This document shows positions 1 through 9,202 of a stretch of DNA of 64,000 bases, piece after piece; within the stretch, counting starts at the first letter, position 1; every line of letters begins with the position of its first letter. The notes beneath the pieces were generated by a model that made no database searches, was not told the DNA's origin, and saw only the letters and a program-made list of their open reading frames with translations. The translations under genes and the position numbers were made by a program. Source of the stretch: Candidatus Kaiserbacteria bacterium GW2011_GWA2_52_12 (GTDB taxonomy: Bacteria > Patescibacteriota > Minisyncoccia > Phycocordibacterales > UBA2100); the NCBI GenBank assembly GCA_001004345.1, contig LCQW01000006.1, forward strand, positions 656 to 64,655. The letters run 5' to 3'.

Positions 1-1
1 C

Positions 2-472
2 GTCGGATATCTGGCGCTGGGATCTGCCGCACTTGGGACCTTCGGTCTGCTCTTCGACGGTCTCTACACGAGGCGCGGAGGCGACTTGCAGGGCCTGTGG
101 CTCGGCATGGTCGTCGCGCTCGGTACCCTATCGTGCATCTATGCCCTCCGATATCGACTGAGTGCCGAGTATCGACAGAGCGTCTGGCCCAAAGGCAAAT
201 ACCTGCTCGCTATCGTGGGCTTCGGTGCAATGATCGCGCTCGCACACTGGCTTATCCAACCGGTCTTTACCGAGACCTTGGTGGCGTATGTCGGTACGCT
301 CAAGCGCCTGAGCATCCTGGCAAGCGTGCTCCTCGGTTATGTTCTTTTTTCGGAGACGGATTTTCGAAAAAGGATGGGGGCGGCAGCTCTCATAACCGCA
401 GGTGCGGTTCTTATCGCGTCTGACGATCTGCCGGCACGATTATCCGCCAAGATCGAACTGTTCGGTTTCTGA
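2..472 (+). CDS. EamA/DMT-family transporter, C-terminal part; the frame is open from the window edge so the gene is 5'-truncated here
   Basis: Hydrophobic TM-rich translation with the typical EamA C-terminal pattern (LITAGAVLIASDD). No stop codon between position 2 and the listed ATG at 86. Confidence 0.45.
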   Translation, partial: VGYLALGSAALGTFGLLFDGLYTRRGGDLQGLWLGMVVALGTLSCIYALRYRLSAEYRQSVWPKGKYLLAIVGFGAMIALAHWLIQPVFTETLVAYVGTLKRLSILASVLLGYVLFSETDFRKRMGAAALITAGAVLIASDDLPARLSAKIELFGF

Positions 473-481
473 GAATCACTG

Positions 482-509
482 GGGCCGCGTACGGACGCGG
501 CCCTTTTTT
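482..509 (+). terminator. Rho-independent terminator: GGGCCGCG-tacgga-CGCGGCCC hairpin followed by TTTTTT
   Basis: Perfect 8-bp GC stem with a 6-nt loop, then a T6 tract 10 nt after the TGA at 470-472. It lies between convergent genes. Confidence 0.8.
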
Positions 510-513
510 ATTG

Positions 514-1266
514 TTACGCGGTTTTGTGAGCAGCGTTGCGACTTACGTTTGCATTGAGATTTTTTATTTCGGGATGTGCGTCGAGGAATTCGAGGATGTC
601 ATCCATGGTGAAATCCATTCGAGGAGCAAAATGTTGAGCGACTTTGCTGATTAGTTCGTAATCCGAAGGATAATCGAGCGAAAGGCGATAATCCGCCTGA
701 CCGGCTTTTGGATTTTCGCAGTGTCCCAGTTTGAAGAGTCCAGGATTTTTCCAAAAATAAAAAGTTACGTGCTCGCGATGCGAGGGCTTCGTAGCTTCTT
801 TCCATGCCCGTTCAAGTGCGTCGAAGGTGAAGACTTCGGTGTCCATGCCGTCGGGATACGTGTAAGGCTCGAGCGCGTTTTCAGCGTAGTCGTAATCGCC
901 ACTCTTAAAGTAACGGACAACTTCATCTATTACGGCCGGATCGTGGAGCGGACAATCTGACGTCAGACGGACAATAATGTCGCCATGTTGTGCGCCCGCC
1001 CCTATGGCGGCTTTGTAGTACCGGTCGAGCACATCATTCTCACTGCCGACGAAATATGACTGGCCGATGCCTTTCATTTTCTCGACGATCACCACGTCAC
1101 TCGAATTTTCGGTCGTAGCAATGATAATTTTGTCCAGTAGAGTAGCATGCGAGATTCGCGTCAACATGTATTCAAGCGCAGTAGTCCCGGGAACAAGTTC
1201 TTTCAATATTTTTCCGGGCAATCGCGTCGAAGACATTCGCGCTTGGATGATTGCTATCGTGCTCAT
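514..1266 (-). CDS. Acylneuraminate/ulosonate cytidylyltransferase family protein (SpsF/PseF/NeuA-like, CMP-sugar synthetase)
   Basis: N-terminal IIQARMSSTRLPGKIL motif typical of the CMP-NeuAc/CMP-Pse/CMP-Kdo synthetase fold. Length 250 aa. Confidence 0.7.
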   Translation of the reverse strand: MSTIAIIQARMSSTRLPGKILKELVPGTTALEYMLTRISHATLLDKIIIATTENSSDVVIVEKMKGIGQSYFVGSENDVLDRYYKAAIGAGAQHGDIIVRLTSDCPLHDPAVIDEVVRYFKSGDYDYAENALEPYTYPDGMDTEVFTFDALERAWKEATKPSHREHVTFYFWKNPGLFKLGHCENPKAGQADYRLSLDYPSDYELISKVAQHFAPRMDFTMDDILEFLDAHPEIKNLNANVSRNAAHKTA

Positions 1267-1269
1267 GAT

Positions 1270-2019
1270 TCAATTAAACCACTTATGGTAATCGATTTCC
1301 ATCTTCTTGATCCTGAATCCGAGCGATTGGTAAAGTCTTTGTGCGGGAATATTGCTACCCTGCGTCACGACCCATGAGCGCGGGAATCCCGACTTTTTGT
1401 AGTACCTCAGCGCATGAGCGAGCAGGACCTTTCCGAGTGATCTTCCTCGGAACTTCTTATCGACGTAGATAAGCTCGATGTGTGCCGCAGTGTCCTGCAC
1501 CGAGCACGCAATGAAACCGGCCTGTTCGTTCCCGACAGTAACGACGAATATTTTTGTGTTCGGCGCGGCATCTTTCAACATATTTTTGAGCCACTGCCTA
1601 TACGTTTTCCGTGCCACCTTTGGGCCAAATCGAGGGTCCCGATGAAATCGACTTTCATTCGAAAGCAAGGCGGCATAGCGAAGAAGCGTCCGCAGATCGT
1701 CTTCGGTCATTTCTCTCACCTGTCCCGTCGCTTCATAATTCTCCGCGCCTGCCTCCAGCTCATACAGTACGCGCGTGCCGTTGGTGGTAAAACCATAGTG
1801 ATGCGCGATCGTCAGATTCTCGTGGTGAGAGCCGTTTGCGCGCCAGAAAAGACATGCGACGCCCTCCTTTTTGCACAGATTCAGCGCGCGTTTCATTGAA
1901 GCAATGTCGACAATCGGGGGCGAGAGTCGCGCCATCTTCTCTCCGAAAAATTCCGTATCCCACTCCAACACCTGAACGAGCGGCGCTTTTTTTGCCTGCT
2001 TGTTTTTCTTTTTTTTCAT
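1270..2019 (-). CDS. GNAT-family N-acetyltransferase (PseH/WecD-like sugar N-acetyltransferase). Start moved to the MKKKK ATG, giving an ATGA overlap with the upstream gene.
   Basis: C-terminal GNAT motifs (FRGRSLGKVLLAHAL, QRLYQSLGF). The 289-aa frame would overlap the upstream gene by 124 nt, whereas the ATG at 2019 gives a 4-nt ATGA overlap. Confidence 0.6.
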   Translation of the reverse strand: MKKKKNKQAKKAPLVQVLEWDTEFFGEKMARLSPPIVDIASMKRALNLCKKEGVACLFWRANGSHHENLTIAHHYGFTTNGTRVLYELEAGAENYEATGQVREMTEDDLRTLLRYAALLSNESRFHRDPRFGPKVARKTYRQWLKNMLKDAAPNTKIFVVTVGNEQAGFIACSVQDTAAHIELIYVDKKFRGRSLGKVLLAHALRYYKKSGFPRSWVVTQGSNIPAQRLYQSLGFRIKKMEIDYHKWFN

Positions 2020-2792
2020 ATTTGGTATATGCGAAGTTTTTGCAACATTTTTATGAGAACGGTCGGCTCTTTGTAATATTCGATGGTCACGTGTCCGAGG
2101 TTCGGACACAGTGGGAGTATATCGGCAAACTGCTTCCAATCCAGTTCATTCAGAGCTTCGTGGCTGTCTTTATTTTCCTTCTCTCCTCGCGTAATACCAC
2201 TGAGGTGTATTTGACGCACCTTATCGAGCGGCAGACCGACAATGTATTCATTTAGTGCCGTGCCCATATGACGAGCGCTTATCTCGGCATGACCGATATC
2301 GAGAAGAAGCGCGCATGGGATATGCTCACACAGCGCAGTCTGAAATGGCGGCTCGCATACGGATTCATACGCTCCGGTCTTGAAATAGTTATTGTTCTCA
2401 ATGGCGACCTCAACCTTGTTGCCTATTATTTTTCGAAGATCCGCAACATTTTTTTTCGCATTTTTCAGCATCTCCTCTTCACGTATGCGTGTGCCCACGG
2501 GGACGAACACCCCATTCTCGATGAGTGGCTTCTCGAAGCACGAAGGGACATGAAATGACACGAGCAGGATCTTTTGCGATCTAACGAGCTCGGCGACATG
2601 ATTTATTTCTTCTTCCGTCCACTTCACAACGACACTGAGTTCGCAGTGGAATATGCGGGGAAGATCGCTTTCACACGCGATGCCTCTGTCTCTCTCTTCC
2701 AGAACATCCGATAACGAGAGTATCTTCCCCATCTGCGCCGAAGATGCCTTTTGAAAAAGAGTCGAGATCGGTGTTGCAACTTTGAAATTCAT
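2016..2792 (-). CDS. Xylose-isomerase-like TIM-barrel (AP-endonuclease-2 family) sugar isomerase/epimerase-like protein
   Basis: Family signatures EVAIENN, LDIGHAE and IHLSG. Length 258 aa. Confidence 0.45.
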   Translation of the reverse strand: MNFKVATPISTLFQKASSAQMGKILSLSDVLEERDRGIACESDLPRIFHCELSVVVKWTEEEINHVAELVRSQKILLVSFHVPSCFEKPLIENGVFVPVGTRIREEEMLKNAKKNVADLRKIIGNKVEVAIENNNYFKTGAYESVCEPPFQTALCEHIPCALLLDIGHAEISARHMGTALNEYIVGLPLDKVRQIHLSGITRGEKENKDSHEALNELDWKQFADILPLCPNLGHVTIEYYKEPTVLIKMLQKLRIYQI

Positions 2793-3628
2793 TTTGAAGG
2801 TCTACGATACATGCGAGTTCCTTTTTCCACATCGAGCGACTCTATCTTTCCTGTGCCAAGCATTTTCTCAACATCACGAACACCCGCAACGAGCGAGGCG
2901 AGCTCGCGGGGGTCGGCGGAGAGCTTATGATCGGGTCCTTCCATATTCTTATCGAGTGTAAAGTGCTTTTCGAGCACCGTCGCTCCCGCGGCTACCGCGT
3001 GGAGACATGCGGTGATGTCGAGTGTATGGTCGGAATAACCGATCGGACATTCATAGGCCTCAAGGAGTGTGTGCACAGCTCTTAAATTCGCCCCGTCTTT
3101 CGGCGTAGGATATGCGGAAACACAGTGCAATAGAGCGAATTTCACACCCGCTTTTTTGCATATCGCGAGGGCCTCGTCTATTTCCTTTTTGTTTCCCATG
3201 CCGCGCGAGATAATGATGGGAATTTTCGTCGAAGCGACCGCTTTTAAGAGCTGTTTATTCACAAGATCAAAAGAGGCGATCTTCATCAGTTGCACTCCAA
3301 GTTTTTTTAGAAGGAATACACTATCAACATCAAAGGGGGTCGAAAAGAAAATGATGCCGACGGAATCTGCGTACGTTTTTAGCTCCTTCGTATTCTCAGG
3401 AGAAAGTTCGCACTTCTTCAAAATATCGAATATGGGGCTTCCTGCCTTCACCCTTTTTTCCGTAACATACGTTTGGAATTTAATTGCGTTCGCTCCTGCC
3501 TTCTTAGCGGCGTCGATCATGCGCATGGCGATCCCCATGTCGCCATTGTGACAAATGCCGGCTTCCGCAATAATGAACGTCGGTTTATCGCGTCCGATGC
3601 CAAGCTTTGCGAGTAAATTTTTTTTCAT
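2789..3628 (-). CDS. NeuB-family sialic/pseudaminic/legionaminic-acid-type synthase, TIM-barrel domain only with no C-terminal SAF domain. Start at the MKKNLL ATG.
   Basis: FIIAEAGICHNGD, IKFQTY and IGYSDHT motifs. Only about 279 aa, versus about 340 aa for canonical NeuB/PseI that carry a SAF domain. Confidence 0.7.
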   Translation of the reverse strand: MKKNLLAKLGIGRDKPTFIIAEAGICHNGDMGIAMRMIDAAKKAGANAIKFQTYVTEKRVKAGSPIFDILKKCELSPENTKELKTYADSVGIIFFSTPFDVDSVFLLKKLGVQLMKIASFDLVNKQLLKAVASTKIPIIISRGMGNKKEIDEALAICKKAGVKFALLHCVSAYPTPKDGANLRAVHTLLEAYECPIGYSDHTLDITACLHAVAAGATVLEKHFTLDKNMEGPDHKLSADPRELASLVAGVRDVEKMLGTGKIESLDVEKGTRMYRRPSK

Positions 3629-3632
3629 ACTG

Positions 3633-4430
3633 TTATTGATTAAGGCTAAAGCCGCCATCCACGGTAAGGTTTTGTCCGGTTATATACCGCGCGTCGGCAG
3701 ATGCAAGAAAGAGCAGTGCGGGAGCGATGTCATCTGGCTGCGCCATTTTCCCAAGGGGGGTTTTTTCTACATAATTGTCGATAAAAAACTGCTTTTGATC
3801 GGCAAAAACTCCTCCCGGCGACACACTGTTGACCCTGATATTTTTATCGCCGAGATACGCAGCGAGATATTTCGTCATATGGATAACGCCGGCTTTGGTG
3901 GCGGCGTAGATCTCGGAAGAATTACGCCCTGAATCGCCGTAAATTCTTTTGTCTGCCGCAACAACCCCGTAGATCGAGCCGATGTTGATAATACTGCCTT
4001 GCGATGCCTTCCCCATCTTCTGAGAAAACATTTGGCAACAGAGTATTGTCCCCTTGATGTTGATGTCCATCACGCGATCTATATCAGCGACGGTGCGCTC
4101 TTCGAAGGGCGTGAACGCGCCGATGCCGGCATTGTTGATGAGCACGTCAAGAGATCCGATCGTATCAGCGACCGATCGTATAGAATTTTCATCAGTGACA
4201 TCGAGCGAGAAATATTTCCACTTGATCAAGTTTCTCTTTTTGAGTTCTTTTTCGAGCTGCGTACCGATCATATCTTGGATATCCGTAATGTAGACAAAGG
4301 CACTGTTCCTCAAAAAATGTCGGACGTAGGCACTCCCAAGCTGACCGTTTGCGCCCGTGATGAGCACTGAGCGATCTTTGAGGCAATATGTATTGGAATT
4401 AAGCGGTTTTTTCGTCTGTGCCTTCACCAT
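3633..4430 (-). CDS. Short-chain dehydrogenase/reductase (SDR) family oxidoreductase
   Basis: ITGANGQLG Rossmann motif, NNAGIG, and YAATKAG (YxxxK). Confidence 0.75.
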   Translation of the reverse strand: MVKAQTKKPLNSNTYCLKDRSVLITGANGQLGSAYVRHFLRNSAFVYITDIQDMIGTQLEKELKKRNLIKWKYFSLDVTDENSIRSVADTIGSLDVLINNAGIGAFTPFEERTVADIDRVMDINIKGTILCCQMFSQKMGKASQGSIINIGSIYGVVAADKRIYGDSGRNSSEIYAATKAGVIHMTKYLAAYLGDKNIRVNSVSPGGVFADQKQFFIDNYVEKTPLGKMAQPDDIAPALLFLASADARYITGQNLTVDGGFSLNQ

Positions 4431-4467
4431 ACTGGTTACCCTATCACAAGTATGAGCGGCGCAAAAG

Positions 4468-5898
4468 TTACTTCTCTATCGCCCTGAGCTCCCCGCAAAC
4501 GCGGTCGATAAGGGGGGTCAGATCTATGTTTTCGTCTCGGGTCTTCCACAGTGCCTCCGGTGCTTCGTAATGAATGTGGATACTTACCTTATCGAGCGCA
4601 ATAAGATATCGAAGCATGTCTTCTTTGGCAGCGTGTGCTCCATTTTTTATCTCTTCGATAGCACTGCGACACGACGCAGCATCGTGCACAGGAAAAACGC
4701 CGGGGCAATCGCGCCACCACGGAATGCCGAACATCAGCGGCCGCTTGCCGGCGAGGAGTGCCTCCCATCCTGCAGTGCCGGTCGTTACAGCGACCGCCGA
4801 GGCTTCATCGGTCAAAGTGAATGAGTCGGTATCGATAGGCAAGATCCTTACATTAGGGATCTTCGCAAGACGGTGGTAGTAGCCGGGATACCTGACGCTT
4901 GAGAAACGTGTGGAGCGTAGCATCCACTGCGAAGGGTGCTCCTTGACCCAGAGCTCCCATCCTGCAGGCAAAGCAAAGGCAAGAGTCTCTGCTACGAGCA
5001 ACATGTCCGCAAACACTCCTGCTTGCGGGGAAGATGTCCTTTCTGGCTGGAAGTTCAACGGAAAATAAACGAAAGGCACATTCCAATCCGGCTTTTTCAC
5101 CACTTCCGCATATTCATGCGTGAGGTTTCGACGGAAGCGCCTCGCAATAAAATCTACAAGGATATACGGCAGCTTGCCGTTCAGAAGGATCCTCTGCGCA
5201 ACCTTTAAGCGCGTAACGAAACGACCCCAGCCCTTTAATATCTTCTTTTGCTGGACCATGTATTCGGGCGGCAGGCGATCCTTTGGGCTCATCTGCGTTT
5301 TCCAGTAATCCCGAAGACCTTCACATAGATCATTCTCGGACACCGACTTATGCTCGAGCTTTTTTAACTCGGCGCGCAACTCGTCGCTACCGGTCCAAAA
5401 ATTCTTAAACATGAGCGTGTGCGTGCCTATCCACGTGTCCTCGAAACAGAGTGTCTTGATGCCCCTTTTTTGGGCCATCTCGTAGACGATATTGCCGTAT
5501 ATGCTGTGGGGTACCACGTTGTATACGACGCAATCAGGTTTATACCGCTCGATAACGTAGTTCCAGTACGCAAGCATGGTGAAGTACACATGCTTGCGCT
5601 CATCCACGCCGGCTTTGTTGTACCGCTTATTCATCATCGTCAGAATGTGAGATTCTAGATGGGCCATCGAATCTATCAGCCGGGTGCTCGCGGGCTCTAT
5701 ATGCTGGCGCTCCAAATCCTTGGACGGCAGCGCAGCCCATGCCTCGAAGTGATCGTGGAAAGGAACGCCCTGCGGGGCAAGATGCTCGGTGCCGTAACCT
5801 CCGACCCAGTAAACGATCTCATGCCCTTCCTTTTGGAGCGCATCAAAGATGCCCCGCATTGTCGGTTCTTTCTCCCCCCACATGAGAAGGATCTTCAT
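4468..5898 (-). CDS. Capsule polysaccharide biosynthesis protein (KpsC/KpsS/LipA-like, PF05159-type transferase). Start at the MKILLMW ATG.
   Basis: About 477 aa soluble protein resembling the Capsule_synth family, positioned next to CMP-ulosonate genes. The upstream 110 codons of the listed ORF have no homology-like features and run into the divergent gene. Confidence 0.4.
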   Translation of the reverse strand: MKILLMWGEKEPTMRGIFDALQKEGHEIVYWVGGYGTEHLAPQGVPFHDHFEAWAALPSKDLERQHIEPASTRLIDSMAHLESHILTMMNKRYNKAGVDERKHVYFTMLAYWNYVIERYKPDCVVYNVVPHSIYGNIVYEMAQKRGIKTLCFEDTWIGTHTLMFKNFWTGSDELRAELKKLEHKSVSENDLCEGLRDYWKTQMSPKDRLPPEYMVQQKKILKGWGRFVTRLKVAQRILLNGKLPYILVDFIARRFRRNLTHEYAEVVKKPDWNVPFVYFPLNFQPERTSSPQAGVFADMLLVAETLAFALPAGWELWVKEHPSQWMLRSTRFSSVRYPGYYHRLAKIPNVRILPIDTDSFTLTDEASAVAVTTGTAGWEALLAGKRPLMFGIPWWRDCPGVFPVHDAASCRSAIEEIKNGAHAAKEDMLRYLIALDKVSIHIHYEAPEALWKTRDENIDLTPLIDRVCGELRAIEK

Positions 5899-5986
5899 AG
5901 AACGAGTATAGCTTATGAAGGTACGACTAGTAAAATTGCCATTATTTTTTGTGCTCGGCCAGAAATTCATATATAGTGGCCCGCAC

Positions 5987-7243
5987 ATGGTCAAAGAAAT
6001 AGATGCCTTGCTTAAGCGTCTTTTTCCGATATGCCGGAGCATTACGGGAAACGGCGTTCGCAAAACTCTCTCTATCATCCGGACGCACGTACCGCTCAAG
6101 ATCAAGGAAGTCCCCACCGGAACAAAAGTGTTCGATTGGACCGTACCGAAAGAGTGGAATATCAAAGACGCATACATCAAGGACCCGTCGGGGGAAAAAA
6201 TAGTCGATTTCAAGAAAAACAATCTGCACATAGTGGGTTACAGCATTCCGGTCAATACAAAGATGAAACTATCCGGACTTAAGAAGCATTTACATTCGAT
6301 CCCGGAAAAACCGTCGATCATTCCTTACAAAACGTCCTACTACAAAGAAAATTGGGGCTTTTGCGTGACGCATGAACAACTCACTTCTCTCAAAGATGGG
6401 ACATACGAGGTCGTCATCGACTCGTCTTTAAAAGATGGATCCCTTACCTACGGTGAGCTGTTAATTCCCGGCAAATCCAAAGACGAGGTTCTAATCTCCT
6501 GCGGTATCTGTCATCCATCGATGGCCAACGATAGTTTGAGCGGCGTCGTCCTTGCGACACTTCTTGCCAAAGAACTTTTGAAGAAAAAAGGGCGGTACTC
6601 GTATCGTTTTCTGTTTATTCCCGAAACCATCGGCGCCATAGTATGGCTCGCCGGAAACAAGACAGGTGCCAAACGGATCAAGCACGGTCTTGTCGCGACG
6701 TGCCTTGGAGATAGCGGACAATTCAATTACAAAAAGAGTCGCGCCGGGAATGCGTCGATAGATACAGCGGTCGAGAAAGCGCTGAAGGATTCCAAGATGC
6801 CGTATTCTATTTTGGACTATTGGCCGACAGGCTCCGATGAGCGGCAATTCAACTCCCCCGGTTTTTCGCTGCCCATCGGTTCTTTGATGCGAAGCGTATA
6901 CGGTCATTTCCCCGAATATCACACATCGGGCGATAACCTTGATTTTGTTAAGGGAAAATACGTCGAAGAAACGCTGAGGCTGTATGCCGAGGTCATATTC
7001 ATTCTGGAGAACGACGCGCTTTGCACATCACGTAATCCTTTTTGCGAACCGCAACTCGGGCCACGCGGCCTGTACGACGATCACCATCCTGAAGAATTTG
7101 TCATTTCGTTGTTGTGGCTGGCGAATTATTCCGACGGAAAAAATACCCTCCTCGATATCGCCAACATTGCGGATCAGCCTTTCAGAGCGGTGCAAGCGGC
7201 GGCCGAATCCCTCGAAAAAGTTGGCTTTCTGAGATTGGGCTAG
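5987..7243 (+). CDS. Aminopeptidase/M28-fold-like (DUF4910-type) domain protein. Alternative start at 5915.
   Basis: SDERQFNSPG and HTSGDN metal-ligand-like motifs in a 419-aa protein. Such proteins recur in glycan-modification loci. Confidence 0.4.
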   Translation: MVKEIDALLKRLFPICRSITGNGVRKTLSIIRTHVPLKIKEVPTGTKVFDWTVPKEWNIKDAYIKDPSGEKIVDFKKNNLHIVGYSIPVNTKMKLSGLKKHLHSIPEKPSIIPYKTSYYKENWGFCVTHEQLTSLKDGTYEVVIDSSLKDGSLTYGELLIPGKSKDEVLISCGICHPSMANDSLSGVVLATLLAKELLKKKGRYSYRFLFIPETIGAIVWLAGNKTGAKRIKHGLVATCLGDSGQFNYKKSRAGNASIDTAVEKALKDSKMPYSILDYWPTGSDERQFNSPGFSLPIGSLMRSVYGHFPEYHTSGDNLDFVKGKYVEETLRLYAEVIFILENDALCTSRNPFCEPQLGPRGLYDDHHPEEFVISLLWLANYSDGKNTLLDIANIADQPFRAVQAAAESLEKVGFLRLG

Positions 7244-7249
7244 GCCCCA

Positions 7250-7266
7250 CACACGCAGTGCGTGTG
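7250..7266. repeat. Inverted repeat CACACGC-AGT-GCGTGTG immediately after the stop codon, flanked by GGGCTAGGCC direct repeats at 7237-7246 and 7271-7280
   Basis: Perfect 7-bp stem with a 3-nt loop seen in the sequence. No U-tract follows. Confidence 0.5.
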
Positions 7267-7311
7267 ACGGGGGCTAGGCCGACTTATTTACCGGTGCTAC
7301 TATGTGGTCGA

Positions 7312-8112
7312 ATGAAACGAGACAGCTTATATGTATATGAAGATAAGCCGATCGGCGAAGAAGATTTCGTATCGGCTCTCAAGTCCCTTGGAGTATCGTC
7401 CGGCGATACCCTTTTCGTCCACTCGGCCATCGATAAATTCGGTAAAGTCGGACCTGCGTTTGAGGCGCGAGTCCTGTGCGACTCGCTGGTGAGAGCACTG
7501 AAAAAAAGCGTCGGACCAAAAGGAACGCTCGCGATGGCCACGTTCACCTATAAATACTGCGGGACACGTATTTTTGACGTAGACAAAAGTCCGTCCGAAG
7601 TGGGGGCACTGAGCGAGTTTTTTCGCAAACAGCGCCGAACCATCCGCTCACAGCACCCGATCTTCTCAATCGCCGCGACGGGTCCGAAGTCCAGATCGCT
7701 CGTAAAGACCGGCGTCGATGCTTTCGGGGATGATTCGGTCTTCGGTAATGTGCGCAGAGACAATGCGCTTTTAGTATTTCTCGGTACCAACTTTAAATCC
7801 TGCACGCTTGGCCATCACATCACGCAAATGCATCAGGTACCGTACCGATATATGAAAACATTCAGCGGGGTCATCAAGCGGGGTCGTCGCAGTCGCAAGA
7901 TCGATGCCACGTATTTTGTCCGCCCGCTCGACGGCACGATCAAAATCGATCTCTCTGGGCTTGAAAAACGGTTATTCAGGAAAAAACTCCTGAAGAAAGT
8001 GCGTGTGGGCGCAAGTTCGATCGAGTGTGTCCGTGCCCAAGACGTGTTCAATGAGGGAATGAAAATGCTCGATAAGGATATCTATGCGCTTGCCATTCGA
8101 CTGAAGCAATGA
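7312..8112 (+). CDS. AAC(3)-family (Antibiotic_NAT fold) aminoglycoside/aminosugar N-acyltransferase homologue
   Basis: SGDTLFVHSA, ATFTYKY and HHITQMH motifs. It is paralogous to the gene at 8420-9202. Start at the MKRDS ATG (7312). Confidence 0.6.
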   Translation: MKRDSLYVYEDKPIGEEDFVSALKSLGVSSGDTLFVHSAIDKFGKVGPAFEARVLCDSLVRALKKSVGPKGTLAMATFTYKYCGTRIFDVDKSPSEVGALSEFFRKQRRTIRSQHPIFSIAATGPKSRSLVKTGVDAFGDDSVFGNVRRDNALLVFLGTNFKSCTLGHHITQMHQVPYRYMKTFSGVIKRGRRSRKIDATYFVRPLDGTIKIDLSGLEKRLFRKKLLKKVRVGASSIECVRAQDVFNEGMKMLDKDIYALAIRLKQ

Positions 8113-8134
8113 GAATCTCTCTATATGCTGTCAT

Positions 8135-8380
8135 ATGAAAAATGAAGATGTCCACAAAAAGGTCATCGGAGTATTCGCGAAGACATTTCAGATTCCAGAA
8201 CAAAAGGTCACCGAAGATATTGCCTACAATTCATACGAAAAATGGGACTCGCTCGGACACCTTGAGCTCGTGAGCAATCTCGAAAAGGCTTTCGATATAT
8301 CTTTTTCGATGGATGACGTATTGATAATGGGCTCGGTCGCTAAGTGCGAGCAGATAGTCAGGGGTTATTTGCCCATATAG
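8135..8380 (+). CDS. Acyl carrier protein
   Basis: 81-aa protein with a DSLGHLEL phosphopantetheine-attachment serine motif. Confidence 0.8.
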   Translation: MKNEDVHKKVIGVFAKTFQIPEQKVTEDIAYNSYEKWDSLGHLELVSNLEKAFDISFSMDDVLIMGSVAKCEQIVRGYLPI

Positions 8381-8419
8381 CACCGTGGGCAAACCGGTGT
8401 CTTATATCCGGCCGCCAGG

Positions 8420-9202
8420 CTACCCTTCTTGGTACCCGTCGGTCAAGAACAGAGGGTTGGTTTGAATTTTTTTTTCTATGAGGCTATACGTATCACGCGC
8501 GGAGATGGCGACGATCTGTCCGCGGCCGAGGTTTGCCACTTTTGCAATGCCAGAGTCCTTGGCCAGGCTATCAAAAAGCTCGTACGAAGACGCTGATTCG
8601 GGCTTATTCTTATCCGCGACAAAGTGATAAAAGGTCGCACTATATCTCTTTGCGCCGTCGATCACGATTCCTGTAAATGGTTTGTCATACCGATACGGCA
8701 CATGCAAAGACCGTTCTACAAAATGAATAAGTGCTGAGGCGGAGTCGAGATTAAAATTACATATTTTCCCATCCGCAAGGTACAGTCGATCCCAAAAAGA
8801 ATCTTTTCCGAAGGAATACTCGGGCATATTCGCCGTAAACGCTCTCGCCCTACTTCCTATCGCGACGACTGAAAAATTTGCATCAGCCGAACGTATGGCA
8901 TCGGAGTCTTTCCTAGCGCATTCTGAAAGCACGCCCTTGTCGCCGGCCGACTCGGCAACATCAAAATCTTGTTTCCGACAGAAGCTGTACGTAAACGTCG
9001 GGAGGATCCACGTGCCTTCGGACCCTATCACTTCGAACATTGCACGTTTGAACATCTTGTAGAGCGCTTCCGCGGAGGCGGCGCCTTCCGCTCGTCCGAA
9101 AAATCCGATGTTGCTTTGGGTATAAACAACATCTCCTCGTTGGAGTCCAACCGCGATAAGTGCGGTTCGAATATCCGCTTCCGAGTAATCATTTTTTGAC
9201 AT
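8420..9202 (-). CDS. AAC(3)-family N-acyltransferase homologue (second paralogue)
   Basis: GDVVYTQSNIGFFG and PTFTYSF motifs, the same fold as the gene at 7312-8112. Confidence 0.6.
   Translation of the reverse strand: MSKNDYSEADIRTALIAVGLQRGDVVYTQSNIGFFGRAEGAASAEALYKMFKRAMFEVIGSEGTWILPTFTYSFCRKQDFDVAESAGDKGVLSECARKDSDAIRSADANFSVVAIGSRARAFTANMPEYSFGKDSFWDRLYLADGKICNFNLDSASALIHFVERSLHVPYRYDKPFTGIVIDGAKRYSATFYHFVADKNKPESASSYELFDSLAKDSGIAKVANLGRGQIVAISARDTYSLIEKKIQTNPLFLTDGYQEG

Noticed and set aside
482-509. Use of the hairpin at 482-509 as a terminator for the minus-strand gene 514-1266 as well
   Set aside because: On the minus strand the hairpin is followed by CCCCAGTGA rather than a U-tract, so only plus-strand termination is supported.
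3628-3658. Longer N-terminus of the NeuB-like gene (start at 3658)
   Set aside because: It would overlap the upstream SDR gene by 26 nt, and the conserved NeuB core begins after the MKKNLL start. The ATG at 3628 leaves a 4-nt gap instead.
5899-6231. N-terminal 111 codons of the 587-aa KpsC/S-like ORF
   Set aside because: The translation is low complexity with no motifs and overlaps the divergent DUF4910-like gene. The MKILLMW ATG at 5898 begins the conserved region.
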